This document shows positions 42,801-56,166 of a stretch of 64,000 nucleotides of DNA, piece by piece (position 1 is the stretch's first letter; every line of letters starts with the position of its first letter). The DNA is from Bugula neritina (lineage: Eukaryota; Animalia; Bryozoa). The position numbers were made by a program, and so were the translations under genes. Under the pieces are notes generated by a model. It worked only from the letters and a program-made list of their open reading frames with translations. It was not told where the DNA came from and ran no database searches. The stretch spans positions 1,240,001 to 1,304,000 of the forward strand of contig OZ037769.1 in NCBI GenBank assembly GCA_964035545.1, in the 5' to 3' direction.

Positions 42801-44210
42801 GCCCTCCTTCCTTACAAAGCAGAGGTAAATGTATATCTACTACATTTTATCATTCAGTACAGTGAATATTTCTGCACGGGGTTATTCAACTAAATTTTTA
42901 CCAGAAAATTAAACAAGTTTTAAATTATTGTTTTAAATTTTGACCACAATTTTATCAATTATTGTATTTTGTTCTATTTTTAGGCAGCTGAGGAGCTATT
43001 ACAATATTTCTTGCCCCTTCTTGAGTTCAAAAGTACGTATGAAGTTACGTTATCCATAAAAACTAAAAATGCTTATATGTTGCATTGCAGCAGTTTTTAC
43101 CTAAGCTTCTCTTCATGCACAAATATTATGTAGCTTTACATAATATATTTTCAAACTATTTATACTAATAATGTAACTATATTCATTGCTGTCTCATGAC
43201 AGATACTCTTTCACTGAAGTGTATAGAGCCTCCACCAGTAGCCAACTCAGATATCATAACCAGTGATACAGTCAACCTGGGTTCTGTGGTTATTTACTCT
43301 TGTAAAGTGGGGTTTACTAAAACTCAGGGAGAACAGCTGGCCTGTCAACTGGTGGGAGATAAAACTGAGTGGGTTGGAGAATTGACAGTCTGTAGAGCAG
43401 CTGACAAACCAAGTAACAAAACAGGTGCAACTAAAACCTGCGTGTTTAAGTTTTGTCTATATAATGTTTTAATTTATTTTTATGTTACTTGTTTAACTGT
43501 CAGCTCAGATTAAAATCACTCTGTTATGCTTTGATAAAACAAAAATAATTACTATCACACACCTCAATAAATTGCTCTTTTAAAAAAAAAAGTTTTCTTG
43601 CCATAAATTAAGCTACATGTAAACGTAATCACATAAAATGTCGATAAATTTAAAGCAGCCATAAATTGAACATATTGTATATTGTATATATTCACTATTC
43701 ACTATTCACTTTCAATAAAATTTAAGCACTCATGAAATGCAATCTAGAATCCTACTTTTAGGACTAATAGCTGGTTTGGTCACAGTCTCCTGTTTAGTGG
43801 TGGGTCTGGTTGTCGTGGTGGTGGTTCTGGTATGCAGAAGTCAGAGAAGTAAAGGAGCACCACCCTCAGAATTAGTGGATCTGGACACAATCAACCAATC
43901 AAAAAGAAGTGAGTATGAAGAACCAGACCTGATGTCTACAAGGACTTCTAGTAAAGTGATAGATGACACATACAGCAAGGTGGATGATGGAACCTATAGC
44001 AAGGTTGATGACAGTTATAGTAAGGTGGTTGATGACACATATAGTAAGGTGGTTGATGACACATACAGCAGACTTGATGGACCTGGGGATACCCATAATT
44101 ATGATAAGATTGAGATTTCTAACAGAAATAAAGATAACAAACCATCATCTTCTAATGTAGATGCAGCAGGTGGTGATCCTCTTTATATCAATAGACTGGG
44201 TTGTAATTAG
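30981..44210 (+). CDS. G3: complete receptor-class gene, signal peptide + 2 F-type-lectin-like + 7 FN3 + RPTP-type juxtamembrane module + sushi + TM + multi-tyrosine/ITAM tail
   Basis: ATG 30981. Lectin-like exons 31775-31960, 32606-32845, from 35910, 36483-36725. FN3 exons 37028 to about 41844. Juxtamembrane exons 42228-42333 and 42446-42725 (RKKR; [23 protein letters not shown]). Sushi exon about 43202-43423 ([17 protein letters not shown]...W..C). Last exon 43762-44210 with [27 protein letters not shown] and Tyr-rich tail. Confidence 0.9.
33019..35386 (+). mobile_element. Decayed Tc1-family (DD34E) DNA transposon in the G3 intron between lectin domains 1 and 2
   Basis: Absent from the homologous introns of G2 (about 16330) and G4 (about 47365). 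Transposase from ATG 33370 (HTH-like [16 protein letters not shown]) to WPTKY* at 35036, with [14 protein letters not shown] and [11 protein letters not shown] (34 residues between D and E). Contains stops and frameshifts. Right end ttttccatagcact resembles a Tc1 TIR; no left TIR seen. Confidence 0.9.
33507..34149 (-). mobile_element. Internally deleted non-autonomous LINE (CR1/L2/Rex1-Babar-like) nested in the Tc1 transposase
   Basis: Splits transposase KKF|(M)[10 protein letters not shown]. Minus strand encodes [22 protein letters not shown] (APE endonuclease start) joined to [21 protein letters not shown] (ORF2 end), then a 3' UTR, AATAAA and an (AATC)n tail. Possible 3-bp TAT duplication. 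Confidence 0.75.
36758..36845. repeat. (TA)n microsatellite (shorter versions at about 17786-17849, 48798-48823, 63871-63893)
   Basis: Direct sequence; same intron in four paralogs. Confidence 0.95.
43762..43835 (+). other. Transmembrane helix of G3 (G4 equivalent from 55718)
   Basis: About 24 uncharged hydrophobic residues followed by the basic stop-transfer CRSQRSK. Confidence 0.9.
43962..44111 (+). repeat. Coding minisatellite: 5 x (D)D(T/G/S)YS(K/R)(V/L) units of 21-24 bp, ending in ITAM DDTYSRL-x8-YDKI
   Basis: Repeated gatgacacata(c/t)ag(c/t)aaggtg; translation in ORF 43737-44210. Confidence 0.9.
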
Positions 44211-45674
44211 TTATTAAGTTTATTCTACTCTAACATTATAGTATTTAGTAAACTAATGTACTTTTATATGCTTATCATCTCATACCAATTCAAAAGTTTG
44301 GTTGAATACTTTTTACTAACGTCTGCAATAATATCCCTTACAAACTAAACCAACTTTTACCTGGTATATATAAATATATTTTGCATTTTGTTTGTTTTTA
44401 TTGACTATCACATGTTGCGCCATACTAATACATTTTCTCATAGTTTGTCTATCTGAAAAATATTTTCTTATTTATGTATTCTTACAATTTTTAAACCTTT
44501 CACTCACACTTTGCTTTTTTAAAGTAATCTTTTAATAAACTTAAAGTATGATGCAAGGTTTTTAATGGGTACTATTTAACAAATCACTGAATAAATTCAT
44601 AGTATTATTACTAAGTATAGTGTTTGTGAAAACAGATAAAATACCGTGATGAATAATTATGAGGTTGACCCTCTGTGTGAACAAGGTGAGGATAACTAAA
44701 AATAACTCAACTGTATGACCTATTGTGTACTGCAATGTTCTGTGTTGTATCAGGAAATTATATAGAAATGTGGAATATGATGGAATAATTTATTATACTG
44801 TAGCTGGTAGTTTTACTCTAATAATATTCATAGTATATAAACACTCATAGAGATTTTTAATGCAAATAACATTTCTCTGAACAGAAATATAAGTTAGTAC
44901 ATATCAGTCTGAAGAATGGGCAGTTCCAGAGTAGAAACAGGTTCGAAATCAATCTATTAGATGCATTATACAAGAAGAGTTTTTAATAGCTGTGGTATAA
45001 TTTCTACTCATGTGATTGTGAATATAACTCAGTCTATTCATATATTTCTGCTCTATTACACACATATACTAATGAATGATCAAACTAAATATAAAAGCTA
45101 TCTTGATTACTAATATACCCATTGAATTGTGTTACATTGTGATGTAAAGCCTAAAAACTAACTTAGAAAAGATCTCTAAGACCAGCAAATTTACTATTGA
45201 CAAGGAAGTTGTTTTAACTTGAAACTAGACTTGTATATTACTTTAGATTGACTTCAAATAGCTCTAACCTAATTTCTACTCATGTGACTGTGTGTCTAAC
45301 TACTTATCAGTCTATACAAATATTTTTGTTCTATTTTCTTTTAACTAATGAATTCTCAAACTGAATAGAAAGCCTTCTATTAGCAAAAGCAAGAAAAAGC
45401 TGACAAAAGATCTATAGAACAGATTTATATTATTATAGAAACTCAACAATGAACAGGGAAGTTGTTTTAAACTAAACTTCTTTACACAATATATTCTATT
45501 GTGAGTTAAACCCTAATATGTTCTACATAGCACTTCAGTAACACATGTATGTGAGGGTAGAATAGGTTAAGAAACAGCCTAGAGTAAATTTTTGAAGTAG
45601 ATTATTCATACTGTGTTGGGTGAAAGAAGACAATATATTAGTTACAGTATCTATGAAGGTCAACTAAGCAGAAG

Positions 45675-48600
45675 ATGATGTTGACTGGAATATTGTTGTG
45701 TCTACTAGTTATACCACTTCTAGTAGTTAACTCTTACTCTCCAGGTATGTGTTATAGTGTGAGTAGCAAGAGTTAATATAGTATAATTTTCCAAAACTAA
45801 TGCTGAAAGCACTTCTTTGAAAACAGTCAACAATGTTTATGGTGATTATGGCTGTAGGGTTTTGTTTTTTACCAGAGTTGTAAAAAAGGGGCAACTTTAA
45901 ACAAACATATAGTTTTATTAGAAAGCAAAGTAGAATATCAAAAGGAATCCCATCAACCAAATCTGGAGATTACAGAGTTTTATTACATACTAAAGTCAGT
46001 ATATGGGCAAAATGACCATAATTCTTTCGCTTTTTAATCAGTGTACAGCCTTAATATAAAATAAAAGATACCAACTGTTTTCATACTCACTGGATCAAAT
46101 TTCTTTCGATCTCATTCATTTATAAATAGTAAAATAGAGAATGACTATTGTATGCTACTAATCTGAGCAGAAGCTGTTGAGTTGGTGCAGTATCTAAGTT
46201 ATATATACAGAATATAATACAGTCTGACAATTCACAAAGTTTTCTACTTACAACTCAAACAGTGAACCTAGCCAAAGAGAGGGCCACGCAGGCAAGCACT
46301 GTCTACGGTAATTCTTATCCTGCATACTGGGCAGTAGATGGGGATACTGGCACATTTTTCTACAGTTCTGAGAAACCAGATGATTGGTGGAGAGTGGATC
46401 TTGGTGATGTAATACTTGTTAGAAGAATAGTCATTGACACTGCCGCTAGTAAGTGTTGATCTCTGAAGGCAAATAAAATGTTTTTCAAGTTAATACAAGT
46501 AATAACAGTAAGCCATCATTGTCAGCTCACATTGCTTTAATTGTTTTATAGGGGTTTCAGCTAATATTATATACATTTATATGAAAGTGAAATAAATTAT
46601 GTATTTAAATTGAGGCAATGTCTATAAGCTTTTACTGCAAGTGTGAAAACTATACTAAGTTGGCTGTTTAATGGTTAGACACTAGGATAATGGTTGACTA
46701 TATAAGTGAATTATCATTAATATATTACCAAGTGGTTTACAGTGCTTTATAAATTATAAACTCTAGTTAAACATGCATCTTTGTACTTGAATCATTGAAC
46801 ATACAATGGCGTGATATTTCACACTATTTTGAAGACAACAGATCACACGTACTGTACACTGTAAAGTGGTAAAAAGCACAATAATTCAATGCCAGCAATC
46901 TTTGTAAAATTGCACACAAAAATTACGTCCAACTTTTCTATTTTTAGCTCGAGGATTTACCAATGTCTCTATTCTATCAACTTCTAGAAATAATCCCACT
47001 GATGTACCTCACCCAGAGAGTTCAGACTGGAGAGTTCTGCAGTCTGGAGTAACACGCACAGAAATTGATCCTACCATATTCAAATTTGACTTTGCCCTAG
47101 ATGAGAATGTAGAAGCTAGACACATTGCTCTCTACAGTGCTACTGGTGGATTACAGTTATTTGAGGTAGAGGTCTATGATGCAGGTGAGTGAAGTAGTTG
47201 CTTAATATCAATTTAAGGCCCAGAAATTTACTACAAAATTTGTTCTATTGATATGGAGGTGGTTCTTAGTTGAAAAACTAAAACACTGCCTGAGTATTTG
47301 TATAATAACCTTGAATTTTATCAGGTTTCAGCTAGTGTGTTAACATATGTAATGTAGAAATTAAATAATATAATTTTTAACTAAAATTTATATATTATTG
47401 AACGTAGCTTATTGCTGAATTGACAACACATGCATATACAGTACATGTCATACATCATTCTGATTATTACCCTATAATATAATAAATTCACATCTAATTT
47501 ATCTAGATTAATCTAGACGTGAGTGAAATAGTATTTGATCTAGACTACCGTTTCTTCCATGCCATAGCCTAAATTCTCAATTATATATAATAGAACCATA
47601 CCTTCATATCACCTATTGGTAATTGAAACTCTAAATCATGTGAATTGCATTCATACATACCTATCAGACACTCCATTAACTGGTTAGTTTATTAGTAGGC
47701 CAGTATAATTCACTTACAGATTATTCTTACTATACTGTATCACTTACCAAAATGGTAACCTTATTCTGTATTAACATAGGAAGAGGAAAACCCCCTATAT
47801 ATATCAAACAATTTATAGCCTACACTACATGAATCAAGAGTGCATAGTAAATAATCAAATATTCCTAAGATGGCATTTTTTAGAACTGCTTATACATTTT
47901 TCAGTGAATATAGCAGAAGGAAGATATACATTCAGCAAGACTCATTATAACATATACGAGGTTAGTGGGAAAGCAGTAGATGTAAACCCTAGGTCGTTTT
48001 ATAAAAGTGAAGACAAACCTGACCAGTGGTGGAGAGTGGAGTTGGATGATACTGTATATGTTAGAGTACTAGCTATCCGTAATAAAGATTGTGAGTATAA
48101 TATTTGTGTTAATAATCTACAAAGCAGTTTATTTGCAACGTAATCAGGACTTGTATGAGAGTTGAAATAATTGCCCAACTAGTTTAGGGTAAATTTTAGT
48201 ATGAGGTAGAGGCATTTTGTAAAAAAAGAAAGATTACCATTGCAAAAGTGATAGAATGACATTTGTCAAACTACTTTAAATATTTAGGAATAGGTTTTAT
48301 TCAATTTAGTTAAGAAATTTAGGTTTCATTCTTTAAACATACTGTAAATAGCTTTATCATCTACTATTTTCACTTTAAATAAAATCTTGGAAAATAGCAT
48401 ACAACTTTGTTACAAACAATTCAATAATTCAATAAAAAGATCCTTTGTTCAATTCAATTCAATAATTCAATAAAAATCCCATTTGTTTTACTTAAGCTGG
48501 AAGGTTTAAAGACGTATCAATCCTGTCATCAACACACTCCTCAGTAACAGATGATCCTACACCTACAAGTTCAGAATGGACTATGGTCATGTCTGGGATA

Positions 48601-48798
48601 TCACGAGAATCAGATAGCTCTACAAAACTTGCATATAACTTTGATATAAGAAATGAGTTACAAACTAGACACATTGCTCTCTACAGCTCTAACAGTATTG
48701 GACTGAGCATACTAGAGGTTCAGATATTTGTATATGGTAAATGTTCTATTTTAGCTAGTGTATCACAACTCAGCCAGTTTGTATTGTATTGTTTGTAT

Positions 48799-48835
<37 letters not shown>

Positions 48836-51800
48836 AATTTTTATACATCTACTTCTAGACTTAGTGCTTACATGGCAAGCCTCCTCAGCTGTTCTGGTAG
48901 CAACCAGTAGTTCATGTGTGACTCTCACATGGACACGACCAGATGCAGAATTTGGTGAAATATCTAATTATAGAGTTAGTATTTATTTCTTGTATTTACT
49001 ATACTATCCATTCTCTTAAAACAATTCAACAATAGTTGAAGTTTATTAAAATACATGAATAACTATGTTTAGTACAAGTGTACTTCACAAGATGACTGGA
49101 CTATCACAGAGAACACTGAGTTACAGACACAGATATGCGGATATTCTCATTCTACAGATGTACAGTGTGAGCTGGAAGCATGGAACAGTCATCAGTACAG
49201 TTCAATTACCACCTCTGTGGTTCAAACTCTCTGTACAGGTATAGCCTGACATATAGAAGTCATTTAAGCAGTTTTTTTCTCTATGTAACATAGGTCTGCA
49301 TGATTATTAAAATAATTTGCTTATATTATCTGATATTATTGTTGCTATATTATAAGTGTGTTTTATATAAATAATGTCAACATAATTAGTTATTTCAGTT
49401 CCTATTAGAATATACCTAAGTTTGTTACATACATACTTCAAATAATTTAATTAGAAGCCAAATTTATTTCAGCTCCTTCAAAGCCAACAGCAGTTAAATT
49501 AACAAATGTCACACCAGTTAGAATGGTGAGAGATGGTAAAGTTCAACTACTGTATTCTGTACAGTGGACAGTAAGTATTATTGGATAAAGTGTAATGTCG
49601 AGATTTTTGTTTGATAGTCACAAAATGACGATTTGCACATAATATTTTGATTTTCATCATTCACATTTTTAATAAGCTAATTATTCACAATTGTATATTT
49701 CAATTTCTTGTTTTAGACACCCCAAAGTTCAAACTGTGAAAGTATAACAGGATATGATGTAAGATATCCAACAATTGAATCTACACCTACACAAGTGAGT
49801 AGTACCAGTACTAGCATACTGACAGATGGTGATGTGGAGATAATTTTCTCTGTTAGAGCTAAGAATAATGATAACCTCTACTCAGACTATGAGATACTTG
49901 TGTTCACATCTGATAAATTAGGTGAGATTTAACTGCAAATAGTGATTTTAGTGTCATCGAGTTAATTATGCATGACAAATGATTATTCTATGTGAGAGAT
50001 TGTCGTAACTTAATTGAAAACAAAGATCTTTGAAACATTTTCACATTTAAAAGGTCCAGTTTGGGATGGTACTCCCCAGCCTCTCATCCACCCTTCTAGT
50101 AGTGAGTGTGTCTCTCTATCCTGGACTCTACCAGAATATTCTAATGGTGACATACAGAAATATGAGGTGAGAGAAAACTATTTTTTTTGCAGTATATAAC
50201 TTTTTTTAATAAAATGTTTGATCCTGAAAACCACTTTTCTCAATAGGTTATCATATTAATTGCTGTACGAACAACTCATGTGATATAAAACTAAGTTACT
50301 AATTTGTTTATCGAACCTCTACCAATAATACTGAACTTAGCTACTATATAACAATCATTAAATCTGCTTTTTAGTGCAAGTGTACTAACAATAGCTTTCG
50401 TCAAAATATCTTTGGCCAATGCCAACTTTATCTAATGTTAATCTCTAAACCTGTCTCCTGTGTCCATGTATCCTCAGATAAAATGTACGGGTCAAACAGA
50501 CTGGACTGAAGTTGAGTCAACTAAACTAAACACACTTGTCTGTGGATATTCTCCAAACACAGAAGTAGAGTGTAGAGTGAGAGCATGGAATGAACAGACA
50601 TTCAGTGATGTCATTACATCGGATAAAGTCAGGACTTACTGTTCAGGTATCTTTTTATAAAATACAATATTGTGTATAATCATATTTTATTGTCTTGCTA
50701 ACTTATTTCTGTAGGCAAATGACAAAAAGAGTCAAAAGACATATATATAAGTTTATGAGACTGTTTCAGTCGAAGATTGTATGATTTATAATCGTCCACT
50801 TTATTACAGCTTCCACATTTCCAAGAAGTATTGAGTTTAATGACGAGGGTTTAAAAACAGAGAGTAGCAGAACAAGAAGGAAATATCTCATTACTTGGCA
50901 GGTCTGTGTATATAGTTGATGAAATAATAATGTAACGGAGAACTAATCTCGTCTATTTCATCCAATGCAAATGTCCTTTTAAATTAAAGAAGTTATCAAT
51001 TTTTTAATCAAAAAGTTTACTTACACTGTTCAAAGAAATAAAAAATTTATTGTTTTTGTATTCTAATGCAATATGAGCATATTGATAATTTACTTTGTTA
51101 CATAACAGGCTCCATCTACAATAAACTGTGACAGTATAGCAGAGTATGAGATAAGATTTCCAACATCCTCTTCTGATATAGTAACAATGACCTCTAGAAG
51201 TATAACAGTGTATACAGAAGGTGATGTAGAGGTCAGCTTCTGGGTGAGAGCTGTGAACAATGCTGGAAATATATCTGAACCTCGTATTAGGACTATTACT
51301 ACTGCTTCTTTCAGTAAGTCATTTTATCAAATGTATGTAATATACACACCTCTTTCAATAGGCGTTTGCATTATATTTATTTTATTATTATATTTATGCA
51401 AGAAAAAATTGGTTTTCTTTTAATTATGTCATAGAATCTACCAATAATATAATATAAATATGTGACTTAGTATTAAATCTTGTTCATTAAGGCAATAACA
51501 TATTTATTCATAGAAATTTTAGTTTATAAACCAAAGTTTTTAAATATGAGTATTTTAATGCTTAAATCAAAGATAGTTAATACCTAGCCACTTAGTGTTT
51601 TTAATTGATATATGCTTTAATGTATTGCAGCCAACTGTTGCTTTATTAATTATTTCTTAAAAAGTAGTTAAAATGCTGTCACTTTATTATTTTTACAAAG
51701 AGGTATTATACATTTATTTGTAATAGTTCCAAGCATTTTATTTGCAATTATAATTACATTAATAATAGACTAAACATTCCTTACAAATCTTTCGCCATTC

Positions 51801-54800
51801 TGAATTTCAAGTGCAAAATGACTCATTTTCAAGTGATGTATTTTTATAAAAATCACAAAATTTATTTCCTTGGGTACACAACTCTTTATCTCAAAACATT
51901 TCTAGGGCCCCAGATAACACCACGAGATTTCCAGTTGCAATTTATCAACTCGAGTTGTATAAGGTTGTCATGGCAACCACCGAAATATCCCAATGGACCA
52001 ATCACACAATATGAGGTAATCGGTTACACAACGAATACATATACATTGTAATTATTACATAATTATTATGACGTTTGGTGATGCTTCATTTTTCAAAAAT
52101 GTACTCAAAATGTTAAATTAGGATTAAATTAGATCAAATGAAGATATGAGATAAATTTAAAGAATATGTTATATTAGTATAATATACTTTAAATTTATCT
52201 CATTTTTTGTCTAAAAGAGTCATAAATTGAAACCTAAACTTGTGACTCATTGTAGTACAAGTGTACTGGACACAGTGACTGGCTCATTGTTGAGAAGGCA
52301 ACTCTTGACTCTGTAAAATGTGGATATTCAGCCAATCAGCTGGTAGAATGCGAGATATTTGCTAGAAATAGCAAAGGAAAGAGTGATAGTGCCAGAAAGG
52401 ATATAAGAATTGTCTGTGCAGGTAAACTATCTATTGTCAAATTATGACAACTTTTTTTGTTTGCGTTAAAGTATCGGAAACTTCAGTATAAATGTAGTTC
52501 AAATTAAGTCCTCAAATTATCTGGATGGAATATATGTAGTGCTATTAAGGTAAATCTATATAGACAATAATGTGATGTAACTATTCAATGATGTAGTATA
52601 ATCTCTTCTCATAACATATTTCATATTGCAGTAATACATTAGGAACCTAAGTATAAATGTAGTATAATCTCTTCTCATAACATATTTCAGCTCCAGAGTT
52701 CCCCCTTGATTTGTCTCCATACATCCTAGAAGTATCTTCCATCAACTCTGATGGTCTGGCAGAAATCAACTTGACTCTACCTAATTCCTCAGTGGTAGGT
52801 TTAATTTAAAGTACTAAATTACTTTTCAAATTGCTGCCTATGAATAGTTACTTCATTTTTTGCGAAACATTTTGTATACAAACTTGAGTAAAGTCATCCA
52901 AAGAAATCCGCTACGATATACACAAAAAAAATTAAAATACTTCTGCTTAAATGTTTTTTTATGCTTTTTTTCTCGACTTATCACCATTCGTATTCTATGA
53001 TAAGTTAAATAAGCTTACTTTGTGTTTTAAAACCAAAACATAACTTTAATTTTGTCTCAATTTTTACAGATCAGAATAAACTGTGCCTCACTCACAAGTC
53101 TAGAGTATAAACTCAGTGATCAAGACAACTACACGAATGCTGGAGAAGTTATTTATGGACTACAACCCTACACTAACTACACTCTGTATATCAGAGCTAC
53201 TAATAATGAGCAATTTACTCAGAATCTGACTTGGACACTGCTGACAAAACAGCTGGGTAATTATTGCTTAAATTACAAAATATCAAGACTATATTGTATA
53301 TATTGTGTTGAACTGGGCTCTTTTAGTATTTATAAAAAATATTTATTTGTTTTCAATAAATTATCTACCAAAATGACTTGATCTGAAATATTATCCTTAC
53401 TATTTTAGCTCCAAGTGATTCTCCTAGAATAATCACAGACTTTGAAGCCAGCTGTGTGAATTTAACCATTTCTCCACCTGAGCATCCTAATGGACTTTTA
53501 ACACATTACTCTGTAAGTTTTAAACTGAAATGAGGGTGTTAAAAGCTTTAATATTTTCCAATATTCAAGTGGCAATAAAACAGCATTAATCACGTTTTCA
53601 AAATGTCTTTTCTTCTATAGTATGCATGCAACGAGGTGAACATAGGAATAGATGAGAATCTCACCAAAGTTGTTGACAACATATCTGTGAGTTATGAGGA
53701 AAAGGAAACTAAACTATCCCTTTGTAACCTGACTTCAGCAACTAGAATTAGATGTACAGTAAGAGCTGTGAACAGTGCTGGAGAAAGTCCAGTGAAAGTG
53801 GTGGATGGATACACCAGACTTAAACGTAAGTATATGGCCACATTTAAACATTTAATCATATCAAAGTTTGCAGTAGAAAAAATTTGAGAGAAAATTTGAC
53901 GGAGCAGACTTTAAAGTATGAAGTCAAAATTTAAGTTTGTTTTGTTGAAAAACCAATGTAAAAGATCAGGAAAATATTGCATGATTTTACTTTTTCTCTC
54001 TATTAGCGTTTCCAAATGAAGATTTTATTCAGACTAAACCAAACTGTTCCAATTGTCAAGATATGGTTTATTACACTGTGTAAATATTTTTACTTTTTAA
54101 ATTTATTAATCACATAAATTAAAGCGATTATTCTTTAGAGATTATTTTATTTAAATTGTTAAAAAAAATTCATCACAAATGAAGTGTTAACTATAATTAT
54201 ATTTTAGTGAAAGAGGGAAATGATATTATAGCACAAATAGCGCCATCTTCTTTTCCTGGGGAGCCGCTTTTAATAACCATTCCCACACCTTTTTTTGAGA
54301 ATGGAAAAGTGAGGTTAGTCTAGTTTATATAATACACAAATTCACATGATGTTATAGTAATTGACAGGAAATGTCAGTTAAACACTCATCCAAAGATCGC
54401 AATGATTGTAATGTTTTTTACAGCAAGTACCAAATAGTTCTCCAACAGCAATCTCAACAGAACAGAAAGAAGAGGGATTTCTCATTAGAAGGTGACGGAT
54501 GTAACTCAACTCAACTATTCAACTACTTTGTGTCTCAAGAGAAAGGGTTAACATGTTACATAACAGCAGAGATAGATGTAGAGTCAGATGGTGATACAAC
54601 AGTCAATATTGGTGATGGTAAAACATATGGTGGGTATGAGAATGTGGATCTGGTTCCTGGAGCAGACTACTTCTTGATGGTTGTCGTACTAGTAAAGGTA
54701 GAGGTAAGAGTTTGCTGAATGCTAAATTTGTTGAAAAATTATCATGCATGTGGATGCTTTTGACAGCGCAAACAATTAGCCCTATTTCCTTGCTATAAGC

Positions 54801-56166
54801 CGAGGTAAATGTATATCTACTACATTTTATTATTTAGTACAGTGAATATTTCTGCACGGGATTATTCAACTAAATTTTTACCAGAAAATAAAAAAGCTTG
54901 AAATTATTGTTTTAAATATTGACCACAATTTTATTAATTATTGGATTTTGTTCTATTTTTAGGCAGCTGAGGATTTATTACAATATTTCTTGCCCCATGT
55001 TGAGTTCAAAAGTATGTATGAAGCTACGTTATCCATAAAAATTAAAAATGCTTATATGTTGCATTGCAGCAGTTTTTACCTAAGCTTCTCTTCATGCACA
55101 ATTATTATGTAGCATTACATAATATATTCTCAAATTATCTATACTAATAATGTAACTATATACATTGCTGTCTCATGACAGATACTCTTTCACTGAAGTG
55201 TATGGAGCCTCCACCAGTAGCCAACTCAGATCTCATAATCAGTGATACAGTCAACCTGGGTTCTGTGGTTATTTACTCTTGTAAAGTTGGGTTTACTAAA
55301 ACTCAGGGAGAGCAGCTGGTCTGTCAACTGATGGGAGATGAAGCTGAGTGGGTTGGGGAGTTGACAGTCTGTAGAGCAGCTGACAAAACAGGTAACAAAA
55401 CAGGTGCAACTATAAATCGTGCATGTTTAAATTGTGTCTATATGTTTTAATTTATTTTCATGTTATTTGTTTACCTGTCAGCTCGGGTTAAAATCACTCT
55501 GTTATGCTGTGATAAAACAAAAATAATTACTATCACGTACACACATCAATTAATTGCTTTTTTTAAGAAAAATTTTCTTAGAAAAATTCTCTTGCCGTAA
55601 AGCTACATGTAAATATAAAGCAGCCATAAATTGAGCATATATGTACAGTATATATTCACTAGAGCTTTCAATAAAATTTAAGCATTCATGAAATGCGATC
55701 TATAATGCTTCTTTTAGGACTGATAGCTGGTTTGGTCACAGTCTCTTGTCTAGTGGTGGGTCTGGTTGTGGTGGTGGTGGTTCTGGTATGCAGAAGTCAG
55801 AGAAGTACAGGAGCACCGCCCTCAGAAGTAGTGAATCTGGACACAATAAACCAATCAAAAAGAAGTGAGTATGAAGAACCAGACCTGATGTCTAAAAGGA
55901 CTTCTAGTAAAGTGATAGATGACACATACAGCAAGGTGGATGATGGAACCTATAGCAAGGTTGATGACAGTTATAGTAAGGTGGTTGATGACACATACAG
56001 TAAGGTGGTTGATGACACATACAGCAGACTTGATGGACCTGAGGACACCCATAATTATGATAAGATTGAGATTTCTAACAGAAATAAAGATAACAAACCA
56101 TCATCTTCTAATGTAGATGCAGCAAGTTGTGATCCTCTTTATATCAATAGACTGGGTTGTAATTAG
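45675..56166 (+). CDS. G4: complete receptor-class paralog of G3 (same architecture, no Tc1 in the lectin intron)
   Basis: ATG 45675. Lectin-like exons 46263-46448, 46948-47184, 47905-48090, 48498-48737. FN3, juxtamembrane (ORF 54371-54718) and sushi (ORF 55175-55450) exons colinear with G3. TM/tail exon 55718-56166. Confidence 0.9.
55918..56067 (+). repeat. Same tyrosine-motif coding repeat and ITAM in G4
   Basis: ORF 55693-56166: [50 protein letters not shown]. Confidence 0.9.

Noticed and set aside
43962-44054. Calling the YSKV repeats canonical ITIMs/ITSMs
   Set aside because: Position -2 is D or G, not I/V/L/S/T, and the 3-4 residue spacing is too short for an ITAM; only the last pair fits the ITAM consensus
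43963-44160. Alternative-frame repeat [12 protein letters not shown].. (also 55919-56116 and the antisense ORFs)
   Set aside because: By-product of the tyrosine-motif minisatellite; no independent evidence
52585-52690. Small local duplications (G4 acceptor region; G3 intron 1 about 31370-31640; 27-bp repeats about 10070-10140)
   Set aside because: Ordinary slippage duplications; the upstream copy in G4 ends in cat, not cag, so it creates no alternative acceptor
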